IMG/VR virus record: IMGVR_UViG_2540341028_000012
Source of the DNA: a virus
Lineage: Duplodnaviria > Heunggongvirae > Uroviricota > Caudoviricetes
Length of the DNA stretch: 15,429 nucleotides
Direction: 5' to 3' (one strand)
The stretch's first letter is position 1. Each line of letters begins with the position of its first letter. Of this stretch, positions 1-9,908 are shown piece after piece. Made by a program: the position numbers and the translations under genes. Under the pieces are notes generated by a model. The model saw nothing but the letters and a program-made list of their open reading frames with translations. It had not been told where the DNA came from and did no database searches.

Positions 1-10
1 TCCCCCTTCA

Positions 11-40
11 AGGCGCTGCATCGACAGCGCCTTTTCTTTA
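11..40 (+). terminator. Rho-independent terminator for a gene lying upstream of the window
   Basis: 8-bp GC-rich stem AGGCGCTG (11-18) / CAGCGCCT (25-32), 6-nt loop, followed by TTTCTTTA on the + strand. Confidence 0.5.
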
Positions 41-140
41 TAAATTCCTAAAGTTGTTTTCTTGCGATTTTGTCTCTCTCTAACCCGCATAAATACTGGT
101 AGCATCTGCATTCAACTGGATAAAATTACAGGGATGCAGA

Positions 141-371
141 ATGAGACACTTTATCTATCAGGACGAAAAATCACATAAATTCTGGGCAGTTGAGCAACAG
201 GGAAACGAGTTGCATATCAGTTGGGGAAAAGTTGGCACCAAAGGGCAAAGCCAGATAAAAAGTTTTTCAGATGCTGCGGCAGCGGCAAAAGCGGAGCTTA
301 AGCTGATTGCGGAGAAGGTGAAGAAGGGGTATGTGGAGCAAGCGAAGGATAATGAGGTGTACTGGCAATAG
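141..371 (+). CDS. WGR-domain protein, N-terminal portion (MolR-like); native sequence ends at 352, last 6 codons and stop come from the IS end
   Basis: ORF track 76 aa; W-G-K/R motif (ISWGKVGTKGQ) and KKGY ending typical of WGR domains; SD-like AGGGA 6 nt upstream of ATG; reading frame runs into IS terminal repeat starting at 353. Confidence 0.55.
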   Translation: MRHFIYQDEKSHKFWAVEQQGNELHISWGKVGTKGQSQIKSFSDAAAAAKAELKLIAEKVKKGYVEQAKDNEVYWQ

Positions 372-395
372 CGGACACTACCATTTGTTCTTTTT

Positions 396-1214
396 TTAAG
401 CAGCCATCTGATGATATTTTTCCCTGAAGGCTGCCGGGGAGATATTCCCCAGACGAGAGTGACGACGCTGACGATTGTAGAAAATCTCAATGTATTCCCG
501 TATTACTGAGATGGCTTCATCCCGGTTATTAAAACGATAGTGGCTCAGGCTCTCATTTTTCAGCGTTCCCCAGAAGCTTTCCATCGGAGCGTTGTCGTAA
601 CAGTGACCTTTACGCGACATTGATGTTTTCAGACCAGACTGCTCCTGTATGACCCGGTAATCGTATGCGCAGTACTGTGAACCTCGATCAGAGTGGTGGA
701 TTAGCCCGGCAGGTGGGCGCTGGCTCCTGAGCGCCATAAACAGGGCTTTACCTGTCAGCTCTTTTGTCATGCGCTCTCCCATGGCGTAGCCGACAATTTC
801 GCACGTATAAACATCTTTGATGCCAGCGAGGTACAACCATCCCTCCTGTGTGGCAACATACGTCAGGTCCGCCACCCAGACCTGATTTGGTGCTGTAGGA
901 GCGAACGTCTGGTTCAGCAGATTTGGCGCAACTGGCAGATTGTGGTTCGGGTTCGTAGTCGCTCTGAACTTGCGTTTCTGCTTACAGCGTAGCCTTAGCT
1001 CCTTACGAAGACGTGCCAGTCGGTCACGACCAACGATGATGCCATTCTCTGCCAGCTCCGTCTGGAGCCGCCGGATTCCATATGTTTCGCGAGTGCGGAT
1101 ATGTGCCACCTTAATCTCCAGTTTTAGCCGCTCATCACTTTGTTTTCTGTCTGAGGGTTCATGCTGTACCCAGTTGTAATAACCGCTCCTGGATACACCA
1201 AATACCTGACACAT
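396..1214 (-). CDS. IS600-like OrfB (DDE transposase catalytic domain)
   Basis: ORF track 272 aa; IS3-family OrfB motifs (HSDRGSQY, CYDNAPMESFWGTLK); normally expressed as OrfAB by -1 frameshift. Confidence 0.85.
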   Translation of the reverse strand: MCQVFGVSRSGYYNWVQHEPSDRKQSDERLKLEIKVAHIRTRETYGIRRLQTELAENGIIVGRDRLARLRKELRLRCKQKRKFRATTNPNHNLPVAPNLLNQTFAPTAPNQVWVADLTYVATQEGWLYLAGIKDVYTCEIVGYAMGERMTKELTGKALFMALRSQRPPAGLIHHSDRGSQYCAYDYRVIQEQSGLKTSMSRKGHCYDNAPMESFWGTLKNESLSHYRFNNRDEAISVIREYIEIFYNRQRRHSRLGNISPAAFREKYHQMAA

Positions 1215-1263
1215 CGCTTCAATGGGAAATTGTTGTCGCCATTGTTCGATTAACGCGTATTTT

Positions 1264-1551
1264 TCAGCGACTCCTGTGCAAAATACGCTGTTGCTTTTTT
1301 AATATATCTCGCTCAAGGCGAGCTTCATTTAACGCCTTACGCAGTTGCAGAATTTCAGATTCCAGTTCAGCCACCGTGCGGGAACCAGGAGTACCGAGCC
1401 CTTTTCTGGCGGCGGTAACCCATTGTCCTAAAGTGCCTTCAGGAAGGGATAATCGGGAAGCGCCTTCACTGACCGAAAGTTGATTTTCAAGAACCGTTCT
1501 GACAGCTTCGGCTTTGAACTCTTTAGAGTAACGTTGGTTTTTTCTGCTCAT
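1264..1551 (-). CDS. IS600-like OrfA (HTH transposase subunit), C-terminus altered by 1-nt contraction in the frameshift run
   Basis: ORF track 95 aa MSRKNQRYSKEFKAEAVRTVLENQ...; ends ...ILKKQQRILHRSR instead of ...ILKKATAYFAQESLKNTR seen in copy 2. Confidence 0.8.
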   Translation of the reverse strand: MSRKNQRYSKEFKAEAVRTVLENQLSVSEGASRLSLPEGTLGQWVTAARKGLGTPGSRTVAELESEILQLRKALNEARLERDILKKQQRILHRSR

Positions 1552-1615
1552 TATTAGCTCCTTCTGATGCCATTCTATTTCAGGAAGGAGTGTCCGTTAA
1601 ACTCAGGCTACCTCA

Positions 1616-2197
1616 ATGTGTTGCGTCATATCAATCATCCGTTCGCATTGACACTGCTTATACGTGTAGCCGGGCAAACTAAACGCTGTCACGATCGGAT
1701 GACGAAAGCCATTGCTGCGTTCCCACATGCAGCAATGGCGGCACTGACGGAACTTCTTGGGCAAAAAGAAGAGAACAGTTGGCGCATTATGCTAATGACA
1801 ATGCTTATCTCACAACCAGCACTGGCAGAACAGGTCCTTCCCTGGCTCTCGACACCCGCAGTTGCCGTACTGAAATCATACCAGCAACAACTGACACAGC
1901 CCTCAAACCATGCCTGCGCCGATCTACTGCCTGCCGTATTAGTCTCACCGCCCTGGCTTTCGAAAAAGAAAAAATCTGTAATGCCGGTATTGGATTTAAC
2001 GCCATTACCGTTGGAGTCATGCTGTACATTGACTGAGACGGCAGAAAAAGAGATTCATACAAGGCATCGCTGGCACGCACATCAAATAGACATCGGCCAA
2101 AAAGAGGATATTCAGAACTACCTGGCACGTCTGGGTTTCAATCGCTGGAATAATGGCCAGTATATGAAAGCGTCTGATGCTGTTGTAGAACTCTGGC
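1616..2197 (+). pseudogene. Internal fragment of a larger gene (possibly remainder of the MolR-like gene), bounded by IS600 at 5' and IS911 at 3'
   Basis: Open frame continuous across whole interval (part of track ORF 1567-2271 whose Met lies inside the IS and whose stop lies inside IS911); no own start or stop. Confidence 0.4.
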
Positions 2198-2205
2198 TGA
2201 AGTGG

Positions 2206-3373
<1,168 letters not shown>

Positions 3374-3445
3374 TGGAGCACCTGTGTTGTTCTGAGGTGA
3401 GCATATCACCTCTGTTCAGGTGGCCAAATTCAGTGTGCCACTTCA

Positions 3446-3506
<61 letters not shown>

Positions 3507-3509
3507 ATA

Positions 3510-3585
<76 letters not shown>

Positions 3586-3587
3586 GC

Positions 3588-3664
3588 TGGCCCACCACCG
3601 AGGACTCGAACCTCGCACCGTCAACTTAGAAGGTTGATGCTCTATCCGGATGAGCTAGTGGTGG
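3588..3664 (-). tRNA. tRNA-Arg (anticodon UCU, reads AGA)
   Basis: Reverse complement CCACCACTAGCTCATCCGGATAGAGCATCAACCTTCTAAGTTGACGGTGCGAGGTTCGAGTCCTCGGTGGTGGGCCA; perfect acceptor and T stems, anticodon loop CTTCTAA, encoded CCA. Confidence 0.8.
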
Positions 3665-3665
3665 T

Positions 3666-3742
3666 TGGTGGCCCTTGCTGGACTTGAACCAGCGACCTGG
3701 CGATTATGAGTCGCTCGCTCTGACCAACTGAGCTAAAGGGCC
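3666..3742 (-). tRNA. tRNA with CAU anticodon, ileX-like (probable lysidine tRNA-Ile2 reading AUA; elongator Met not excluded)
   Basis: Reverse complement GGCCCTTTAGCTCAGTTGGTCAGAGCGAGCGACTCATAATCGCCAGGTCGCTGGTTCAAGTCCAGCAAGGGCCACCA; anticodon loop CTCATAA; resembles E. coli ileX from memory. Confidence 0.75.
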
Positions 3743-3751
3743 GGAGGCAGA

Positions 3752-3780
3752 ATAATAACCATATGTCATCACATCTGCAA
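3752..3780 (-). promoter_or_regulatory. Candidate sigma70 promoter for the tRNA cluster
   Basis: On minus strand -35 TTGCAG (3775-3780), 17-nt spacer, -10 TATTAT (3752-3757); predicted start about 2 nt upstream of the tRNA-CAU 5' end. Confidence 0.4.
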
Positions 3781-3830
3781 ACCCATCTGACCACCAGCAC
3801 GTTTAACGTCCTGTGCCGTTTTTCAGGTAT

Positions 3831-3852
3831 AAAAAAACCCGCATAAAGCGGG
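3831..3852 (-). terminator. Rho-independent terminator (minus strand) downstream of the small ORFs, upstream of the tRNA promoter
   Basis: Minus-strand stem CCCGC / GCGGG (3838-3842 / 3848-3852) with 5-nt loop followed by seven U (3831-3837). Confidence 0.5.
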
Positions 3853-3932
3853 CTCTTTCAAATGTCCATGTCTGCTATTCGCCTCGCGGTACAGCTTTGC
3901 GAAGCGTACAAGAATTGAAGCAGTTTTTTACG

Positions 3933-4196
3933 TCAAAAAGCAATAACTTTTTTCTCTATACCAAAAGCCATAACCATTGGTTTGTACAAAATAAATTCTG
4001 CCACCTTTAGCCAATGCTCAATGCGTCTTTCACAGGTTCTTAAACTCCATTTCGGGTGTGCATCATTCAGCAGTTCAGCCATTTTGCGTTTGGTCATCCC
4101 CCGCCCCTCATACCGTTGCCGAAGGACGCTAATCAATCCTGGATGCTCTGCCAGCACCTCACTTATGACCCGATCAATACATAACGCCTCTGGCAT
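3933..4196 (-). CDS. Hypothetical phage-associated protein (87 aa), unknown function
   Basis: ORF track 87 aa; overlaps upstream ORF by 23 nt in the +1 frame; followed by terminator at 3831-3852. Confidence 0.4.
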   Translation of the reverse strand: MPEALCIDRVISEVLAEHPGLISVLRQRYEGRGMTKRKMAELLNDAHPKWSLRTCERRIEHWLKVAEFILYKPMVMAFGIEKKVIAF

Positions 4197-4488
4197 CAGT
4201 ACAATGCGCCAGCCAGCTCTTTTGCTTACCGTTAATCATATCCCGCAAAAAAGCCTCAAGTTCAGACTTGTTCAGACCTGCTTTTTTCATCCTCCGGAGC
4301 GCCTCGTTAATTGCCGTTTTTGTCAGCTTTTTAGAGGCCAACAACTGGTTGAACATATTCCCCGTCTTACCGCCGCCAATATACGACCAGCGCCCCCACA
4401 TGCGCAGTTTTCCCTGAATCCAGACACTTTCCAGCGTGGTGAGACGAAGGTGTTCCCCGCTTTTGCCTGTATTTGTTGGGTAAATCAT
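4174..4488 (-). CDS. Hypothetical phage-associated protein (105 aa); weak resemblance to Q-type late antiterminator N-terminus, unverified
   Basis: Internal Met of track ORF 4174-4638 at 4488 preceded by GGAAGG SD-like sequence 6 nt upstream; the 5' 150 nt of the track ORF lie inside IS600 and are not native. Confidence 0.4.
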   Translation of the reverse strand: MIYPTNTGKSGEHLRLTTLESVWIQGKLRMWGRWSYIGGGKTGNMFNQLLASKKLTKTAINEALRRMKKAGLNKSELEAFLRDMINGKQKSWLAHCTDARGVMY

Positions 4489-4543
4489 AAATAACCTTCC
4501 TGAGGTGTACTGGCAATAGCGGACACTACCATTTGTTCTTTTT

Positions 4544-5362
4544 TTAAGCAGCCATCTGATGATATTTTTCCCTGAAGGCTGCCGGGGAGATATTCCCCAG
4601 ACGAGAGTGACGACGCTGACGATTGTAGAAAATCTCAATGTATTCCCGTATTACTGAGATGGCTTCATCCCGGTTATTAAAACGATAGTGGCTCAGGCTC
4701 TCATTTTTCAGCGTTCCCCAGAAGCTTTCCATCGGAGCGTTGTCGTAACAGTGACCTTTACGCGACATTGATGTTTTCAGACCAGACTGCTCCTGTATGA
4801 CCCGGTAATCGTATGCGCAGTACTGTGAACCTCGATCAGAGTGGTGGATTAGCCCGGCAGGTGGGCGCTGGCTCCTGAGCGCCATAAACAGGGCTTTACC
4901 TGTCAGCTCTTTTGTCATGCGCTCTCCCATGGCGTAGCCGACAATTTCGCACGTATAAACATCTTTGATGCCAGCGAGGTACAACCATCCCTCCTGTGTG
5001 GCAACATACGTCAGGTCCGCCACCCAGACCTGATTTGGTGCTGTAGGAGCGAACGTCTGGTTCAGCAGATTTGGCGCAACTGGCAGATTGTGGTTCGGGT
5101 TCGTAGTCGCTCTGAACTTGCGTTTCTGCTTACAGCGTAGCCTTAGCTCCTTACGAAGACGTGCCAGTCGGTCACGACCAACGATGATGCCATTCTCTGC
5201 CAGCTCCGTCTGGAGCCGCCGGGTTCCATATGTTTCGCGAGTGCGGATATGTGCCACCTTAATCTCCAGTTTTAGCCGCTCATCACTTTGTTTTCTGTCT
5301 GAGGGTTCATGCTGTACCCAGTTGTAATAACCGCTCCTGGATACACCAAATACCTGACACAT
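4544..5362 (-). CDS. IS600-like OrfB (DDE transposase catalytic domain)
   Basis: ORF track 272 aa; one substitution versus copy 1 (ETYGTRR vs ETYGIRR); -1 frame relative to orfA through the A7 run. Confidence 0.85.
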   Translation of the reverse strand: MCQVFGVSRSGYYNWVQHEPSDRKQSDERLKLEIKVAHIRTRETYGTRRLQTELAENGIIVGRDRLARLRKELRLRCKQKRKFRATTNPNHNLPVAPNLLNQTFAPTAPNQVWVADLTYVATQEGWLYLAGIKDVYTCEIVGYAMGERMTKELTGKALFMALRSQRPPAGLIHHSDRGSQYCAYDYRVIQEQSGLKTSMSRKGHCYDNAPMESFWGTLKNESLSHYRFNNRDEAISVIREYIEIFYNRQRRHSRLGNISPAAFREKYHQMAA

Positions 5363-5397
5363 CGCTTCAATGGGAAATTGTTGTCGCCATTGTTCGA

Positions 5398-5700
5398 TTA
5401 ACGCGTATTTTTCAGCGACTCCTGTGCAAAATACGCTGTTGCTTTTTTTAATATATCTCGCTCAAGGCGAGCTTCATTTAACGCCTTACGCAGTTGCAGA
5501 ATTTCAGATTCCAGTTCAGCCACCGTGCGGGAACCAGGAGTACCGAGCCCTTTTCTGGCGGCGGTAACCCATTGTCCTAAAGTGCCTTCAGGAAGGGATA
5601 ATCGGGAAGCGCCTTCACTGATCGAAAGTTGATTTTCAAGAACCGTTCTGACAGCTTCGGCTTTGAACTCTTTAGAGTAACGTTGGTTTTTTCTGCTCAT
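5398..5700 (-). CDS. IS600-like OrfA (HTH transposase subunit)
   Basis: ORF track 100 aa ending ...RDILKKATAYFAQESLKNTR, typical IS3-family OrfA C-terminus; slippery A AAA AAA at the LKK codons. Confidence 0.85.
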   Translation of the reverse strand: MSRKNQRYSKEFKAEAVRTVLENQLSISEGASRLSLPEGTLGQWVTAARKGLGTPGSRTVAELESEILQLRKALNEARLERDILKKATAYFAQESLKNTR

Positions 5701-5756
5701 TATTAGCTCCTTCTGATGCCATTCTATTTCAGGAAGGAGTGTCCGTTAAACTCAGG

Positions 5757-8700
5757 CTACCTCACAACAACCAGCAAATCGCTGATACTTGCTGTGGGAT
5801 ACCAGCCATTTACCAGCCATGCCGATACAGAAAACTCCAGCGTCATGTGACCGTGACCGGCAGGCATATCAATAACACCCGTATATATCAGCGTATTATC
5901 CAGGGTCGTTCGGTTATAAATTTCAGCACCGTTTTTCTTCACTATCAGGCTGCATGACGAATAAATATTGTTATTCTTCCGCTCATGTTTAGCACCGCGA
6001 AACGCCACCGCGGGAATAACAATTTGCCGATCAAACGGCTGATCGTCATAAACCCTGACGGTAATGGTCCCTGATGGCCACCTCTCCGGTGCCCGGGAGT
6101 CCCGTGGGAAAGGTTTGCCCACTGTTTTAACGAGATCGCCTTCAATCTGGTTCGCGGACAATTTTCCCAGAACCCGACAGTTCTTATTAATCGTGACGTT
6201 GTTGAGCGTCCCGGAGTTCGCGTTCACGTTACCGCTGATATCGGCATTTTTCGCCGTCAGCCGTCCGCCAGGTGTCAGGGAAAATGCCGGAGGATTACCG
6301 CCGCTGGTAATGGTCGGAGCCGTCAGGCGTTTCAGGAACACGTCGTTCATGAATATCTGATCGCCCTGACCAACAAACATCGGCTTTGTGTTGCCATTCG
6401 CAGGATTAATCATCGCAATCCTGTCTGCCGCCAGCAGCACCTGACTCTGCATTCCTGCTGGCGTATTCTCAATACCGGCACCGATACCCGCAATATAAAG
6501 GCGTCCGTCCTTCATCTGTTGCAGCTTCACAGCCCACATGCTGTTCAGGTTATTATTTGTATCAACCTGAACTTTCTGTATCTGCTGGATTGCAGCACTC
6601 TGATTTTCCAGTTTTTTATTGACGGTTTGCGTGATTTCATTGCTGACATTCGTAATGGACGTCCTGATTTCAGTCAGGTCCGGCGCAAGCTGACCGTTAT
6701 CAATCTGCGTCCACAACTCCTTGCCGAGATGCGTGTTATTGATCAACCCTTTATAAAAACTCAGATAACCTTCCGCATCATCGCTCGCCCGACCGACGGC
6801 CTCCACAAATGCCGATTTGCCAACGGTGTTCACACTGCGAACGTAAAAATAATAATCATGGCCCGGCCTGATATTGATACTGGCGGCTATCCAGTACAGC
6901 GCCGTGCCAAGATAGCGGGCGCTGGTTTCAACCTGCCTGATATCCGCAATCCGCTTTTCCGAAAACCAGAACTCAAACTGCACCGTCGGGTCGTATACAG
7001 CCAGTTTCGGGACCGCCGTTATCTGAAAATACCCCGGTATCAGTTCAATAGTGACAGGCGCTGCCGGTGCCGCAATCCGGAACGATACCGACGCCGGATC
7101 GCCCTGCTGCCCCCGGGCATTTACCGCCCGGACTGTCAGACTGTAATTCCCCAGCGCCAGCTGCCTGAAGCGGTATGTGGTTTCCGTCGTCCTGGCTGTG
7201 CTGACCAGCCGCTCACTGCCGTCGTCCGCTGCCACGGTCAGGCGAAGCAGGAAGCTCACACCCTTCACCACCTTCGGCGTGTCCCATCGCGCCAGCACCT
7301 GATATTCCCCGCTGTCTGCGGTGACTTCGGCGGTCAGATGCTGCACCGCTGGCGGCGTGACACCATTCACCGTGCCGCGCCGGTCACCGTCAAAGTGTGC
7401 CCCGTTATCCACGATGGCCTCTTTTTCCGGCACATGCTGCACGGCGGTGATGGCATACGTGCCGTCGTCGTTCTCACGGATACTCACGCAGCGGAACAGG
7501 CGCTGGCGCAGCGTCGGCAGCTTCAGCCCCCACACGCTGTATTCTGCAACGCCGTCAGGAACCCGGCTCACTTTCACCTTCACGCCGTCGGTGACGGACT
7601 GAACCTCCACGCTGACCGGATTGCCATTTCCGTCAACCAGGCTTATCAGCGTGGTACAGGAGGACGGCAGCGTGATTTCACGGTCGAGCGTCAGCGTCCG
7701 GGTCTGGCTGTTCACCGCCAGTACGCGACCACCGGTGCTGATACCGGCATAATCATCATCGCAGATTTCAATGACATCACCCGGTACATGGCGAAGCCCT
7801 TCTGCGCCGACGCTGAAGTCCACGGTCTGCGTTTCCAGCAGTTCCGTTTTAATCAGCCACAGCCCGGCGCGGTGCGCCTGTCCCCGGCTGGTACAGCCAA
7901 AGGCATCCATCTTCGTGACGTTACGACCGTAACGGAGAATGGCCTGCGCGTCCTCCACAAGCTCTGTCGCCGTCTCATGACCGTTGTCCGGATCAATCCA
8001 GTTCACCTCAACGACATTATGGCGGTCCTTCAGGGCGCTGAAGCTGTAGCGGAACGGCGCGCCATCATCCGGCATCACCACATTACTGCGGTTATAGGTC
8101 CACACTTTATCCGACGGTCGGTCCTGCACGAACGTCAGCGTCTGCCCGTTCCATACCGGCATACAGCGCATCGCCGAGCAGAAATCACTGAGAACATCCC
8201 ACGCCTTACGCTGTGTGGTCAGGTAAGCGTTACAGGTGATGCGCGGCTCCGTGCCGCCAAATCCGTCCGGCACTGACTGGTCGCAGTACTGGCCGATGAC
8301 ATACAGCGCCCATTTGTCCACATCTGCCGCACCAAGACGTTTCCCCATGCCGTAGCGCGGATGAGTGAGCATGTCCCACCGACACCAGGCCATGTTGTTG
8401 CTGTATGCTGGCTTAAGCGTTCCGTCCCAGATACCGCTGTATTGCCGCGTCTGCGGGTTATAGTTCGACGGCACCTGCAGAATGCGCCCGCGAAGATGAT
8501 AATTGCGACTCACCTGCTGGTTACCGAACTGCTCTGAATCCACCTGCACGCCGACCAGCGCCGTGTTCGGGTAGCACTGTTTCACATCGATGATTTCGGT
8601 GTACGACGACCAGAGCGTTTTGTTCTGCAGCTGGTCTGTGGTGCTGTCCGGTGTCATCCTGCGCATCCGGATATTAAACGGGCGCGGCGGCAGGTTACCC

Positions 8701-9206
8701 ACCACCACCGAGGCCAGATACTGCGAAGTGGTTTTGCCCTTAATGGTGATGTCTTTTTCCGTCACCCAGCCACCGTTACGCTGTATCTGAACCAGCAGGC
8801 GGACTTCCGACGGATTCCGGTCCCCCTTTGAGGTGTTTTCCACCAGTGCCTGCACACTGAAGGTCAGGCGCAGACGATCAATGTTTGCCGACGTGATGGT
8901 CCGGGTGATCGGCGTGTCGTATTTCACTTCCGTACCCAGCACAGTCTCTGAGCCGGAAGATTCAAACCCCTCCGGCGGTGTCTGCTCCTGCTCGCCGGCG
9001 CGGAACACCACCGTAACACCGGAAAAGTTTGTCTTCCCCTCGCTGTCCAGGACTGGCGTACCGTTCAGCAGCACGCTTTTTAATCCATCCACCGGACCGT
9101 CAACCGGCCCTTCGCTGATGGCATCAATCACACTCAGCAACTGCGTGGATTTCAGGTTGTCCTTCGCTTCGCGCGGGGTATGCCCCTTACTGCTGCCTTT
9201 ACCCAT
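5757..9206 (-). CDS. J: Lambda-like tail tip / host specificity protein J, extreme C-terminus replaced by IS600 end (native part 5765-9206)
   Basis: ORF track 1149 aa; N-terminal about 900 aa closely match lambda gpJ as I recall it ([34 protein letters not shown]...); last codons and stop lie inside IS600 terminal repeat. Confidence 0.9.
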   Translation of the reverse strand: MGKGSSKGHTPREAKDNLKSTQLLSVIDAISEGPVDGPVDGLKSVLLNGTPVLDSEGKTNFSGVTVVFRAGEQEQTPPEGFESSGSETVLGTEVKYDTPITRTITSANIDRLRLTFSVQALVENTSKGDRNPSEVRLLVQIQRNGGWVTEKDITIKGKTTSQYLASVVVGNLPPRPFNIRMRRMTPDSTTDQLQNKTLWSSYTEIIDVKQCYPNTALVGVQVDSEQFGNQQVSRNYHLRGRILQVPSNYNPQTRQYSGIWDGTLKPAYSNNMAWCRWDMLTHPRYGMGKRLGAADVDKWALYVIGQYCDQSVPDGFGGTEPRITCNAYLTTQRKAWDVLSDFCSAMRCMPVWNGQTLTFVQDRPSDKVWTYNRSNVVMPDDGAPFRYSFSALKDRHNVVEVNWIDPDNGHETATELVEDAQAILRYGRNVTKMDAFGCTSRGQAHRAGLWLIKTELLETQTVDFSVGAEGLRHVPGDVIEICDDDYAGISTGGRVLAVNSQTRTLTLDREITLPSSCTTLISLVDGNGNPVSVEVQSVTDGVKVKVSRVPDGVAEYSVWGLKLPTLRQRLFRCVSIRENDDGTYAITAVQHVPEKEAIVDNGAHFDGDRRGTVNGVTPPAVQHLTAEVTADSGEYQVLARWDTPKVVKGVSFLLRLTVAADDGSERLVSTARTTETTYRFRQLALGNYSLTVRAVNARGQQGDPASVSFRIAAPAAPVTIELIPGYFQITAVPKLAVYDPTVQFEFWFSEKRIADIRQVETSARYLGTALYWIAASINIRPGHDYYFYVRSVNTVGKSAFVEAVGRASDDAEGYLSFYKGLINNTHLGKELWTQIDNGQLAPDLTEIRTSITNVSNEITQTVNKKLENQSAAIQQIQKVQVDTNNNLNSMWAVKLQQMKDGRLYIAGIGAGIENTPAGMQSQVLLAADRIAMINPANGNTKPMFVGQGDQIFMNDVFLKRLTAPTITSGGNPPAFSLTPGGRLTAKNADISGNVNANSGTLNNVTINKNCRVLGKLSANQIEGDLVKTVGKPFPRDSRAPERWPSGTITVRVYDDQPFDRQIVIPAVAFRGAKHERKNNNIYSSCSLIVKKNGAEIYNRTTLDNTLIYTGVIDMPAGHGHMTLEFSVSAWLVNGWYPTASISDLLVVVR

Positions 9207-9266
9207 TCCTCACGCTCCATAAACGACAAAACCGCCCGCAGGCGGTTTCACATGAAACATTTTGCA

Positions 9267-9908
9267 TCAGCGACCAATCACCACAACCTGACCACCATCC
9301 CCTTCGTCTGCCGTGCTGATCTCCTGAGATACCACCCGCGACCCCACGCGCATTTCACCGTACAGAACAGGCAGAACATTGCCCTGGGCAACCATGTTAT
9401 CCAGTGAGGAGAAACAGGTGTTCTGTTTGCCGTTATCCGTTGTCTGTGTACGGGGAGTTCTGGCTTTCGGTGCCAGCATCTGTGCAACACCGCCAAGCGT
9501 CATACTGGCACCGAGAGAAAACAGCAGATTACTCGCCATAATTCCTACCCCCGGCATCCATATAGCAACCGCCATAACAGCTGCCCCCAGCACCGCCTGA
9601 AACACACCGCCACTTTTAGCTCCCACCAGACGCGGTACTATGTGGATCACTGCACCATTTGCCAGCGGCTCATTAAGACGGGCAGACAATTCGGTTTCAC
9701 CTGCATCACGCCCGGCAATGCGCACCTGATACCAGCCGTCACTCAGTTTCTGACGAAACGCCGGGAGCTGTGTGGCCAGTGCGCGGATGGCTTCAGCCCC
9801 CGTTTTCACACGAAGGTCGATGCGGCGGCCAAATCGTTGCAAATCCCCGTAAAGGCAGATGCGTGCCATTCCCGGTGACGCCAGAGGGAGTGTGTGCGTC
9901 GCTGCCAT
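9267..9908 (-). CDS. I: Lambda-like tail assembly protein I
   Basis: ORF track 213 aa MAATHTLPLASPGMARICLYGDLQRFGRRIDLRVKTGAEAIRALATQL...; start overlaps K 3' end by 103 nt as in lambda. Confidence 0.85.
   Translation of the reverse strand: MAATHTLPLASPGMARICLYGDLQRFGRRIDLRVKTGAEAIRALATQLPAFRQKLSDGWYQVRIAGRDAGETELSARLNEPLANGAVIHIVPRLVGAKSGGVFQAVLGAAVMAVAIWMPGVGIMASNLLFSLGASMTLGGVAQMLAPKARTPRTQTTDNGKQNTCFSSLDNMVAQGNVLPVLYGEMRVGSRVVSQEISTADEGDGGQVVVIGR

Larger units (their letters stand above)
353..1615 (-). mobile_element. IS3-family insertion sequence, IS600-like, copy 1 (1263 bp)
   Basis: Near-identical to 4501-5764; ends TGAGGTG...ACCTCA with imperfect terminal inverted repeats sharing CGGACACT; contains orfA/orfB transposase pair; no flanking target-site duplication (TAA vs ATG). 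Confidence 0.85.
4501..5764 (-). mobile_element. IS3-family insertion sequence, IS600-like, copy 2 (1264 bp, apparently intact)
   Basis: Same ends and inverted repeats as copy 1; intact orfA (100 aa) and orfB; A7 slippery run present; no target-site duplication (TCC vs CAA). Confidence 0.85.

Noticed and set aside
41-140. Promoter for the WGR-domain ORF
   Set aside because: Candidate hexamers (TTGCGA at 62-67, TAAATA at 90-95) have a 22-nt spacer; no convincing -35/-10 pair found, so not annotated.
940-1179. 79-aa + strand ORF, repeated at 5088-5327
   Set aside because: Antisense within IS600 orfB in both copies; no support as a gene.
1567-1615. Met start of track ORF 1567-2271
   Set aside because: The ATG lies inside the IS600 terminal repeat; the open frame beyond 1616 is treated as a gene fragment, not an IS-initiated protein.
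3982-4494. 170-aa + strand ORF
   Set aside because: Antisense to the two small minus-strand ORFs, which have an RBS and terminator context; Ser/Cys/Arg-rich translation looks non-coding.
3745-4500. Shiga toxin or other cargo expected next to phage tRNA genes
   Set aside because: No ORFs resembling stxA/stxB or lysis genes are present; IS911 directly follows the tRNAs.
4501-4638. IS-encoded N-terminal extension (MRFSTIVSVV...) fused in frame to the 105-aa ORF; the same outward-reading frame appears at 353-490
   Set aside because: The extension lies inside orfB in another frame and has no RBS; the in-frame continuity into flanking DNA is most likely coincidental, so the native start at 4488 is preferred.
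6519-8276. 585-aa ORF on the + strand
   Set aside because: Lies entirely antisense to the well-supported J gene; Arg/Pro/His-rich low-complexity translation typical of the antisense frame of a GC-rich gene.
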